The position numbers and the translations under genes are program-made. The notes beneath the pieces were generated by a model, which saw nothing but the letters and a program-made list of their open reading frames with translations, made no database searches and was not told the origin of the DNA. Below, in pieces: positions 43,701-55,700 of a DNA stretch of 64,000 nt. The stretch covers positions 30,442,001 through 30,506,000 of the forward strand of contig NC_134479.1 in NCBI RefSeq assembly GCF_964194025.1, written 5' to 3'. Position 1 is the stretch's first letter. Each line of letters opens with the position of its first letter. This DNA is from Convolutriloba macropyga. Taxonomy: Eukaryota.

Positions 43701-46700
43701 GCCTATATTTAAAAGGATTTTTTTGATATAGTTAATTGAAATCACCAATTACTGACTTAAATCGAGGCTCATCTCAAATTTTGATCAAATTTGAATCAAA
43801 TGAGGCTTTCTAAATTGATAGTTTTAGTTATGTAAATAGTTTTCCATTTAATGGCTTCTTTTCTAATATGAATTGATTTTTACTGTCACTAAATATCAAA
43901 ATGGTAAGAGTTCCTCTATTTCCAAAGAACCGCCGTTGCTTTGAGTCTTTAATGATCGTCTATTTTTTTGCAGGAATCTAATTGTGTCCAGTATATTGGT
44001 TTGAACTTATCTTCAGTTTTTGAGTTTATTGATCAAAAGTTTTTTTATTTTATTTATCAAAAATGCATTGGTGTTTGACAGTAGCTGTACTTCAGCTCAT
44101 CAAAAGGTCTCGGTAATCGTTCACGAAAAGTTATAAATGTGTGCTTCTCGTGGGATGTAAGTATAACGAGAGGTGTGCCACGAGGAGCTGTATGAAGTTC
44201 TCTAATTTTCCTGTACTTTATTTTACCTTTTATTATATGATGTGGTATATCCGAAATATCTTGAACTGTAATTACTGACATCAGACCGTGGCATCCGAAA
44301 ACTGCTGAAAACAAAGCTTTTTTGTTTAATAGCTGCCCTCAGCCTCTCAACGGCGGTTATTTAAGCGCTCTCCCTTTCTTAAATTCAAAGAATTTGAGTT
44401 GTATTGGAGCGCTGTCTTTTTACAATACAAAAATTTCAATTGTATTGGAGCGCTGTCTTTTTACAATACAAAAATGTGAATTGTATTGGGGCGATGTCTT
44501 TTTTTCAGATCTGTTCACACATTTTCATGATTTTTGAAGTGAAATTGGAGTAGTGATTTTAGTCACGCCGAAACAGGAAGTGGAGCGAAAAAGCGAGTGG
44601 TTTTGCGACGTGAAATTTTTTCGCTCTAAATTTAAAGTAGAGTGAGTGTTTGAACAAAAATTCGCTTTCTCGCTAGTGGTTTTTTGTTCACATGCGTCAG
44701 TTTCACTTTGGTTTTTACTGTTTTTTTTGATATTTTATCAGATTTTTTCTAAATGGTTTTCCCTATTCACTCATAGTCCGTACAAGGTCTAGTTATTTTG
44801 GTCAATGAAATTTCTTTGAGTTGTACGTCAGGACTTGTCCTGCCTGCTGTTTTTTTTAGCTCGCTTTACCTTTTGATCACGGTTTTCGTTTTACATAGGT
44901 CACGATTTCCACGTTTGACTTCTGATTTACTTCAATCACTGTTTCAACTGAATCGATTTTAAATTATTTCACGCATTTAATTACGCAATGTGAATACGGT
45001 CAATATCAAAAGAGCAAAACAAAAGAGGCGGGCTAAACCGATGAAGCCGAAGCCCGATCATTAAGTCACAGTGCATTAGGTTATCAAAGTTCATTATAGT
45101 GTTTGCTAGCTGACATTGGTAATAAGTTTGTTGGCTTTCAGTTTAGAAGCTGAATCAAGTATTTTTTTAGAATATAACTGAAACTGCTCGCCAAATTAGA
45201 ACAGTTTTTACACTGAAAAATTGATTCGGTTAGTTCTCTTCTTTTTTCCCTTTCTGTTTCAATCCCGATGTGCATCAAGCGCGTCAACGGCGGCTATTTT
45301 CTGGCAATATGCCGGCTATGTTTTAGAATATCTACACCGTTGAGGTTATAATCGGTTGTTAAACACTAAATAAATCTCGAAGTAAACTGCTCCATCTTAT
45401 TGACTTCGACATAGCATTCTTTCCATGGAAATTGAATACCACAAAATATCAAAGACGGGTTGGTGTTTTTTCTCATTTTTGGTTGAGAGTGATCATAATC
45501 GGAGACTGACTACCCTCAACTATATTATATTCGTTGCGGCTGTCATCTCTGGTCTATTTGGTTTCAAAAGGAAATACTGCCGTCTTTCATTCTATTGGTT
45601 GAAACCATAGATAAAAGTTCAAATGCAAAAGGCGGATTTTTGCTAAACACTCGACACTAAAATTAGCAGCGGAATATCCATTTAATGGTGAATATTTACT
45701 CCGCTGTGATCAAGTTCTTCAAAAAGTAATTGCGAAGATGTTTAGATATTTTCTAAATGAATCTGAAAAGCAGATAGCACTAAATTAGTCCTTGTTCCTC
45801 CATTGTATATATTTTCAAATTTTGCATATTATGAACGTGTTGAGAATGGCTTTTTTTAACAAAGTTCAGCAATCATTTTAGGCCTGCTGGTCTTTACGGA
45901 ATTTTTCATATTAGCAATTTTTCCTGATGGTTTTTTCGTCTGCCCTGCAAATTATTATTACATTTCTGGAGAAATGTAATAAACTGGTAAAGCCTGAAGT
46001 CATTAAGAAAGGGCAGTTAATTATTATTACAGTTCTGGAGAAATGTAATAAACTGGTAAAGCCTGAAGTCATTAAGAAAGGGAAAAAGCCGAGAAAACCG
46101 ATGGTAGAAAGTTGAGGTGCAGTGTGTAGTCGTGTGTGTCTTTTTCAAACGGTTTTGTTGGTCCTTGACATTCAATCCAGTTATTTCAATCAATCAAGTT
46201 TCCGACATTTTGAATTTTAATTGTTCTCTTTCACACTTTCAAGTACCTGAGCTTAATTTGCGGCAGTTTACTATGAATATGAAATGAAAAGTGCACCAAA
46301 AGTGGATGGTTTTTAAAGTCAGTTTTCTTAATAATGGTCTGTAACTTCTGGGATCTTTTCCGTTTGTGCCGTTTGCGAGCCACCTTACCCTTTTTCGACT
46401 TAAGCAAGCTACATTTTATTAATCTACCAGGCAGTCATTCAAGAGAAAAGCTTCCGACCTTTCTTGTATTCCCGTTCTTCATTAAATTGCGCAAACACTG
46501 ACGAACAAGTTAACACTTTCCCTGTGACTTCCAATCGTCTGAATGGCCATATGTAGTTGTTGACAAGACTGAAAAATTAGTGAATTGCGACATATTATGA
46601 AGTGTTAGAGCGAATTTCACCCTAAAGTTAAATTAAATTTGTTTCTCTGACGTTGAAGCAAATATTTTCATAGGACTGAAGTCCCGTTTCGAAAACCAAA

Positions 46701-49700
46701 TTTTTGCACTATCGCCCAAAATAAATAATTGAGTGATACGACGATTTATTTGGAGCGATGGTTTTCTCCTGTCATATTATGAATTGTGGTACCATTAGCC
46801 TCTATTATTAGCCATTTCTGTCTTCTTGAGAGCACTGCTATGCATAGTTGTTAATGCGTTTCAGATTATTTCAAAAATTATTTTTAATTCCAAAGATTAA
46901 GTTAAATTTTAATTTTTACTATCGTTGGGGGTGTGAATGATAAGTGTTTAAAGTGTTTAATACTCACCGAAAATGAAGCTGAAAGCTAAGATATACAACA
47001 AGCTCTGCATGGCCATTATTGAGGTTGGATATGTTCATTAAGTTCAGTAGATTCAGAAAGTAACCTTTGAAATGTCTCGTTTCTTAATTATTATTAGTTC
47101 ATCCCCTTTTGCTAACAAAAGCAAAGTTCACCAAGGCATTTCGAATAATTTAGTACAATGAAATGAAAAGGCAGTGTTTGACAAAAGTATTTGCATACTT
47201 TGAGGTACTAAAGTTCTGAATGTCTAAGAAAGGTAGCTGATAGGTTTTAAGAATAACGCACAGGAGCGCTAATATGCTTGCGGACATTGTTCCAACTCAT
47301 TTAAAAAAGTATGTAAATATAAAACTTGTTCAACACACATTTCTATGATCGGCTACGCATTGAAAAATAAAAAAGATAGACTCCTGAAGGTCAGTATCAT
47401 AGTTGCATTCTTTTTTCTAGCAAAAACTACTATTGAAAAATATTTGAAATAACTCTTGTTTCAAAAGAATACCTTTTGCCATTCGCCGTCTTGCTGCCTT
47501 CAATATGACCCTGGGTCCCTTATCGTAAGAAGTAAAGAAATGTGTCAGAGAAAAATCTTGATGGAGAAACTGGCTTTTATGTAAATAGTAGTCGAACAAA
47601 AAATATGTTTTCATAGACACTATGAGTAAAATTTTTAACAGACTGTAAAGCACGCCCGTTTTAATAAAGGAAACTGCCGGGAACATGCGAGCTGAAATTA
47701 ATTAAAATGGATTCAGTTGTTGAAACCATGTCCCACTGTTGAAAAAAATCGAAGAACTGCTGTGTTCGACGTGTTGACTGTTCTAAAGGTCTAACTATTC
47801 CTGAAGCCTGAAATTTTCTATACATATTGGTCGTATGGGTGAACCAATACCTTTTATATTTACCTTCTACCTTTTTTAAAGGCAAAAGTCATCGATCGAC
47901 GAAAAGTTGCTCAGCAAAAAAAATGTGAGGCCTGCATAAAGTTCCCAACTATATTGGGAACTTTATAAGTTGGAACCATAAGTTCGGTAAATTTTTTGTA
48001 TCTGAAAAATACCTAACATAGTAATTATGTCACAAATTCGGCTCTTGTTGATCGATCTTTCGACTGAAACAAATTTCCCTTGAACACAAGTTGAAGTGAA
48101 TTGAATGTTAGAGAATTGAATTATTAAATGTGGTGAGATGACTGATTTTGTTTCAGAAATGCGGGAGTTCGCGAGGCATACGAAAGCGTCCTCGAATTTG
48201 AAGTTAGTCTTGTATCATTTTTGCAACTGTATCCATAAAAATATAAGGGGTTTTAATTTCACTTTTCGGAGCTCACAATTTTCTTTACACGGCGAAAGTA
48301 AATCTGCAGTCCTCTAAATTTGAACCATTTTTTTTAACTATTGGAACTTAAGTGATATCTTCAGACGTTGCTCTGGCGCCGGGTCTTTAATGGAAATTTA
48401 TGCAGTTTTCAACGATGTGGCTGTGTTTAAAATCCATGTGATAAATTAGTGTTTTGAATAATATATTTTCTTGAATGATCTGATGCTTGGCATTTAACTT
48501 CTTCGACCCGTGTTCCAACTAAGTTAACGATTTAGGACGAGCTGAATAACTTTTCCGCGGAAGTCGACAGGCAATGTACGAAAGGATCGTCAGTGAAAGA
48601 ATCGGGAAGCTCCTATGAACCAATTCAGGGCGAGAAACTTGACGGATCCTTGCGATTGTGCATGCTTACTGGGCCTAATCCGTTAGTAGCCTTGTCAAAC
48701 TAACAGAAATGACTTCCGAGGATTTTACAAGCTTGTTGTCAATAGTTTCTGTTGAGTTTTAGCGGCACTTAGATCTCGACCTTCAACAAGATGAGTTTTC
48801 TCTAAACTCATGTAATCTGGTTTGAGGAAACGTTGCATTATCAAATACCGTTAATTTATTTTGCTGTGCTCTTGAGTCCCATGACAAAAAGGCTAATAGA
48901 AATTTTTTGTCAATTTTATCGTTTCGTTTTTAAATTTAGCGACGTAAAACTTCAATCTATTTCATCAGAGGACTTAGCTATTTTATTAGGATGCCGATAA
49001 GGTTGAGTTGCATTAATTTGAAATATTTTGGGAGCAAAAATTTAGCAAGGCGAAAACCCGCAATAGATTGATCATTGTTTTCGTTTGAGAAAAGAAAACA
49101 GATTCTATTTGTTTAAATATGTTTTTGGTCCATGCACAATTTTGTTATTTAGAGGCGACGAAATTGAAGTGTCACTGTCACAAATCTTCAGTGATTGTCG
49201 TATCCTAAGGAACCTCTTTGGGGAACCGAGCGGCGGTCAAGGTGACTCTATAGACTGGAAACAAACCGAAGGACAAAAACCCAGTCTATGCATTGATAAC
49301 AATAGCGTTCAGAGATCTAGCGAAGATAGTCTGAATGTTTCTGAATCGGTTTATGAAGCTGATGATAATATCTCCGGCCAGGGGAAATCACTGAGAGCTG
49401 AGAATCGTGATCAAGATGAAGTTCAAGCAACGTCTGAAGTGTTTACGTTGTTTGTGCTCCTCCGGCACTTTGCCTGACTACCGTGACGTAACCACATCCA
49501 CCATTTGATCGCGCCAGAAGCACAGGTATAACTAATTTATTTTTTGGCAAAACTCTGGATTACTACCTCGTTTACGTGATCGAAATAGAACTTATGGTGA
49601 TCATCTGTACTTTGAACACCTGTTTGCTCTGAACAGAAATGTTGGCAATTTTTTAGTGTTATATTTCTGATGTAATTTTTTGAGGTAATAGAGCTTTACC

Positions 49701-52700
49701 AGTCTTTTTTTCACCCAAACGCCAAGAAGGCATAAAATCATGGTGTAAATTTTGACAGTTTTAGACAACCTACACGCCCTCCGCATTTTACCTCCCTTTC
49801 TTGCATAATGAGCCTGAATGACTTTTTGTCTTATTGTACGCTTAACACGTCAAACATTTTCAAGTTTTTAAACTGACAGCTTCTGCTTAGAACATATATA
49901 TGAAAAAAGAATTCCTGTCATCTCGAAGTTGCTGGGTGAATGAGCGGTCTGTATAAAGGAACGATCAAATGTTCTTTTAAAAGCAAGATAAGTTTTTGCC
50001 TGTCAAGATAACAACTGGGAAAAGTCGATTTTGTTTTGAAACAAAATCTGCACCCTCATTTTTAACATTGACAATAGCAGATTACGCATTTGTTCTTTTC
50101 TTATAATGAAGCAGTTTTATTTCAAGAACTTGAGAGCAATTCGCCCGACGTTAGTCGGTATGTTCTAATATCTGTGCACTTTTTCCGACTTCAATGAGAT
50201 GTAAAATTTATGTCGTGGTTTTTGTTGCTCTGAAGTATAAAAGAAGCGAAAAGTGAGCTTTTGAGACGTGAAATCTTCTCGCGCTGTATTAAGTGGTTTG
50301 ACCAAACTGTGTTTCAACCATTTTTCAATTTTGGAGATTTTTGCTCGTGCAAAAATTTAACCTGTTTTTGCTTGTTAATAGCCCCCTTCATCTTCTCAGC
50401 CGGCTATTATAGCGCTCCTATTTTTTTTACAATTCAAAGAATTTGAATTGTATTGGGGCGCTGTCTTTTTTTAAGATCTGTTCACACATTTTCATGATTT
50501 TTGACGTCAAATTGGAGTAGTGATTTTGGTCACGCCGAAACAGGAAATGGAGCGAAAAAGCGACTGGTTTTGCGGCGTGAATTTTTTTCGCTCTAATTTT
50601 GAAGTAGAGTGCGAAAATGGTATTTGAACAAAAATTCGGTTTCTCGGTAGTGGTTTTTTGTTCACATGCGGCAATTTCACTGATTTTTAATGTTTTGCGA
50701 TTTTTTGGATCGGATTTTTTTCTAAATGGTTTTCCCAATCCATTGACAGCTTATTCTAGGTCTAGTTTTTTGTTTGAAATAAATTTTCATTTCTCGCTAG
50801 TGGTTTTTTTGTTCACATGCGGCATTTTGACTTTGATTTTTTGTTTTTTTTTATCTGATTTTTAAAAAATGGTTTTCTCATTGCACTCATAGTCCATTTT
50901 AGGTCTAGTTTTTCTGTTTAGTCAATGAAAATTCTTTGAATTGTACGTCAGGACTCGTCCTGCTATGTTTTTTTTACTTCGTCGAACAAAAGAAATGTTT
51001 CGCTTTACCTCATTTTGTCGCTTTTTCAACATTTTGCGTGAAATATTTTTGACTTCTCTAGGCTAGTTTCTCTCTTCTCTCATTCTGTTAAAAGTGATTT
51101 TGAACATCAGTTGCTCAGTAAAGCAATTCAAAATGAACAGAGTCAATATAAAAAATTGAAGTCAGAAACAGAAACGGGATAAACCCATAAAGCCCAATTT
51201 TAGATGCCCGCTATTTGAACGTCGTTCCTATAAGTCTTAGTTAACATCTCTAATGCTTACTGGTTATGATTGCATCCCCTGTAGCCTCTCTCTAAGAAAC
51301 AGAAGTATGTTCAACTACGAAATACCATCAAAATAAATCGGACTTAAAAAATGTTTTTGTACAAAAATCTTTTTTTTTTCAATATCTTCTATTCTTTCAA
51401 TCCCAATCATGCTTATTGGAATCAACGACGGCTATTTTTCGGCAATCTGCCGGGTATGTTTCTGATAAGTGCATTCAATATTTTTTGGGGTATTTGAGAA
51501 CTTGAACTTCTACGTAGTTTTTTGTTCCGTAGTCTTCGGTTTGTTTTTTACTAATACAATTTTTTTTCTTCGTGCCTCACCGTAAACCTGAATACATCAG
51601 TTTTGTTCACCTTTTCTGACCATTCTAACTGCTTTTACGTATCTGTCCGTCATTGGTTAAACTCAGTAGCTTTGTGTTGTAGCTGAAGTCGGCGACGATT
51701 TTTTAAATATCATAAATGAAATTCGAATGAGTTTTGGAAAAATAGTTATCTTCGCATCTCGGTTTACTCATTTGCTCCAGGAGACAAACGCTTGGGGTGA
51801 CACTAATTGTTATTGTCAAGTGGATTGTTAATTCTCAGTGTTTTAATCGGTTTTCCTCCTCAAATGAAAGTTGAAGTTTTTGCCTCACGTCTACAAAATT
51901 TTGCGACCTGATGTCTATAATCGAGTTTCCGACTAATATCCTTATTCTAAGTTCCGACTTATCTTACTCTATAAATGACTTTTTTTACTTCAATGTCAAG
52001 GTTCTCAAGTTTTTCAAGGTCAACACAGGACTCTTATGTAACGAAGGCTGTTACTAATAAAGTATCGCAACTAAAGAAATAATTAGGAGTGGTTTTCCAA
52101 AATAAATCGTTTACTAAGAAAATTCCGAATTTTTTAAATAGGTTTTTTAGATGGCGTCAACGACTCATCTACTATTCTGTATCTATATTCTATGGCAAGC
52201 AAATCTATTTCGCAATGTAAAAGGAAGACCAGGATGAGGATGAAGACCAAGTCTACCCTCCTCCGCCTGGCGGTTTGAACCCCCCCCCCCCTCTTCCTCT
52301 CTCGTCCAACCCCACCACCCTACATGCTTGCATCTCTGAGCCCCAGCTGTGTACTACCGAAGCCAAACGCTCGTTGGTCGTTTGAGAGCAATTCGCTCGA
52401 CGTAGACGGTTATGTTTGATAACTATGATCCTACGCGTTCTTGGATTTTAGCGTTAGGCATTCTGACTTGATTTCATCAAGCGATGTTTCATGTTTACAG
52501 GCCATATGGCGTGATCTGAGGGTGCGGTTAGTCATTGTGTCTTTTGGATCACCGAAAGGTCTTAGACTGTGGCAAAAAGACATGGAAATCCCAGACGCAA
52601 ATGTTTACGGATGTACTGTACAAAGACTCGAAAAGAATGATCTAGAAGTTAAGACAGAAAACAAAGCTGGTCAAGACGACAGAATCATTCTATGCACAGA

Positions 52701-55700
52701 CCAGCCACGCGTGGTGAGCGGATTTTCTTGAGAAATGGGTTTTTTCTATCTCTTAGTAGTTTATACTCTGTATTAGATCAAATTAAGAGATGAAATGAAT
52801 TTTAACTCAAAATGACGATATTACTCTACTTTGTAATAAAAGAAGTTTTTAGATCTAGTAACAGAACTTCCATTGTTTACAATTGTTGGTTAAGAATCAG
52901 TTGTGTGTTCGACTATTTGCATAAATTGGCTAATAAAATTTATTTTGCTTTATTTACCAACTGCATCTGGTCACTCACTGCTCGTCCTGACAATTTTTTG
53001 AACTTTTTTCCGTCTATTGTGCCCGTTATATTAGTGGGCATATAACTTGCTACCCCACGAGCACGTGCTACCTTTGTACATAGTAACGTTCTATATAGCT
53101 CAAGGGGAGGCAAAACAGTACAGACCCGTCTCTCTTCATGATTTCAGAGTAGAGAATAATTTCTACCAATTTGAGTAATAAAAAGACAAGGAGGCTCGTT
53201 AATATGCGTTCGCACATGATATTCGGACCCGAGCTCATCTACATTTTTGAATTAATTGACAACCAAAAGAAGAGATAACACAAATACATGTTTGAGTTTA
53301 AAACAATCGTTACACAACCTATTACAGCCTCATTACAGCGCCAATCAGATCTGACATTAAAGAGACTACGAGACGAAAAAAAAACAAACAACAAAATTAG
53401 CAAAAACAAAAATTTCACGGCAAAAACAATATCTAAATTTGGAAGCACATTGTAACAACGTCATAATGCAGTCAGATAAAACCTTAACTACTCAAAATCA
53501 CTTTCTCCTATCTATACAACAGATGGAAAGTTTTTTAAATGAGACTAAGTAACAAGTCAACAACGAGAACGAACAATGAGGCGAAATTCAAAAATTAATC
53601 AACATTTTTTAAACCAAGAAATTTCAAGTCTTAAAAATCATCAGTTTTTAACCAACTAATCCTTGATGAGTTACTAAAAAGTCATTACAAAACCAAGAGG
53701 ACTTGTCTTTGGGTAGACTAAATCATATAAATGAACTAAAGAAAATCTTAAAAAATACAAACGTTTTGCGAAAGCACAAACTTTTGCTACCATTAAAATC
53801 ATTAGCTATTATCTGATTATTGTATTTTTAATTCAATTCTTATTTCTACTAATTCAGCTGAAGGAATTATACTGAGAGATTAAATAAGTGTATTTGGGCG
53901 ACATTTGAAAACCACTGGGATCTATTACTACGCGATCGTTCTGAAAGAGGAGAAAAAGGAACGCAAAAGCAGCAAATTCAAGAAAAAATTGAGCGAGAAA
54001 TGTGTCGAAGGCATTAAAAATTGAATTTTTAACTAAAAACTTTTGAATGTTCAATAAATTTTTTAACAGCAAGCTGATATCTCTTTTTTATCAATATAAC
54101 TTCAGAAAATCAAATCTGAGGTAATACATTAGAACCACGAAATTTTTGAGAAAACTCGGGGATATCAAGGCCATTAAATTCATTAGCTTTCTTTCAACGG
54201 AAGCCACTGAATACGCTAAATTATGCCTCGATTGGACAACATGTTTGTTTGCCATTGATATTTCCTCAATAAGACCTCACAACAAGTTTTTGACGATGAA
54301 AACGACAACAAAGACAGGCAAAAACCAAAAATTCAGTAGAAAAGTGCCAGAAGAAAGTGTCGAAGCAATTTAAATCATAATCTCTTCTCCGAAAACTTTA
54401 TCTATGATCCGTTGAACGTCTTCCCTAAACGAATGAGAACTATTAGTAATAGTATGATGTGATAAGATTTCAAAAGAATCCAAAAATAAAAATTTATCCG
54501 AAAATTTACATTTATATGAAAACTCGTGGCATTGAAGTTTTAAAACTAATAGGTATAAGATAAAACCGCTAACCAGATTAATTTTGGCTGCAGTAGGAAA
54601 GAAAGCCTGTAGGTACTAAGACTGACTAAAAGTTCACGAAAAAGGTTTAGGATTAGTTAATTTTCAAAAAATATTTCAAAAAACTGTTTTTAAAGTCTTT
54701 AACAGTCATTAATCTCAAAAGCACAGTCATTAAAGTCATGTTTTTCATGCATAGATAATCAATAAGACATCACAATAGGTCTCAAGACTACAAAAACAAC
54801 AACAAAAGCAATCGAGAACCAAAATTCAGTAGAAAATGCGAGAAGAAATGTCGAAGCATTTAAACCATTAGCTTTTCTCTGAAACCTTTTATCTGTGAGC
54901 GACTGAATGCCTTCTCTAAGCCAATGGGATTAAAATAATATTTGGATAATGTGTATAATATTTGGATAATGTGTGTAATATTTGGATAATGTGATAAGAG
55001 TTCAAAAGTAACCAATAATACAAAAATATCCAAAAAAAATCTTTAAAAACTTTGAAATCTTGTGTGATTGAAGTCATATAACTAAAAGTTAGAAGATAAA
55101 AGCGCTGACCAGTTTAATTTTAGTTGCAGTAGAATGCAAATGGGTCCTGTCAATACTGCGACTCACTAACAGTTCACGAAAAAAGTTTAAGATTGGTTAA
55201 TGTTCGAAAAAAATATCGAAAAATTATCTTTAAATTCTTAACAGCCATTAAATTCAATAGCTTTCAACGGGGTCAATAAATATGCGCAAATATGACCCGA
55301 TGTGAGTACAGGGATGTTTTTGATGCATAGATGATCAATAAGACATCACAACAAGTCTTATGACTATGAAAACGAAAACAAAATCAGGCAAATACAAAAA
55401 ATTCAGTAGAAAAGTGCGAGAAAATGTCGAAGCAATTCAAACCATAAGATTTTCTCTGAAAACTTTATCTGTGATCCACTGAACGTCTTCTTTAAGCTAA
55501 TGAGATTAGAACAAAATTTGGATAATGTGATTAATATTTGGATAATGTGATAAGAGTTCAAAAATAACCAATAATACGAAAATATCCAAAAAATTTTTAA
55601 AAAGTTAAATCTTGTGTCATTGAAGCCATATAACCAAAATTTTGAAGATAAAACCGCTGACCAGATTAAATTTATTTGCAGTAGAAATTAAATGGGTGCT

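Noticed and set aside
45667-47204. Other AG...GT open stretches in intron 3 (e.g. 45670-45725, 47154-47204) as SelL exons
   Set aside because: Exons 3 and 4 already join in phase with no apparent gap in family similarity, and these peptides show no clear similarity.
49085-49477. ORF-track 130-aa ORF as a stand-alone gene, or SelL as a pseudogene with two stops
   Set aside because: The TGAs fall exactly at the CxxC positions, family similarity continues over three more exons, and a SECIS is present; the ORF's 5' part is intron.
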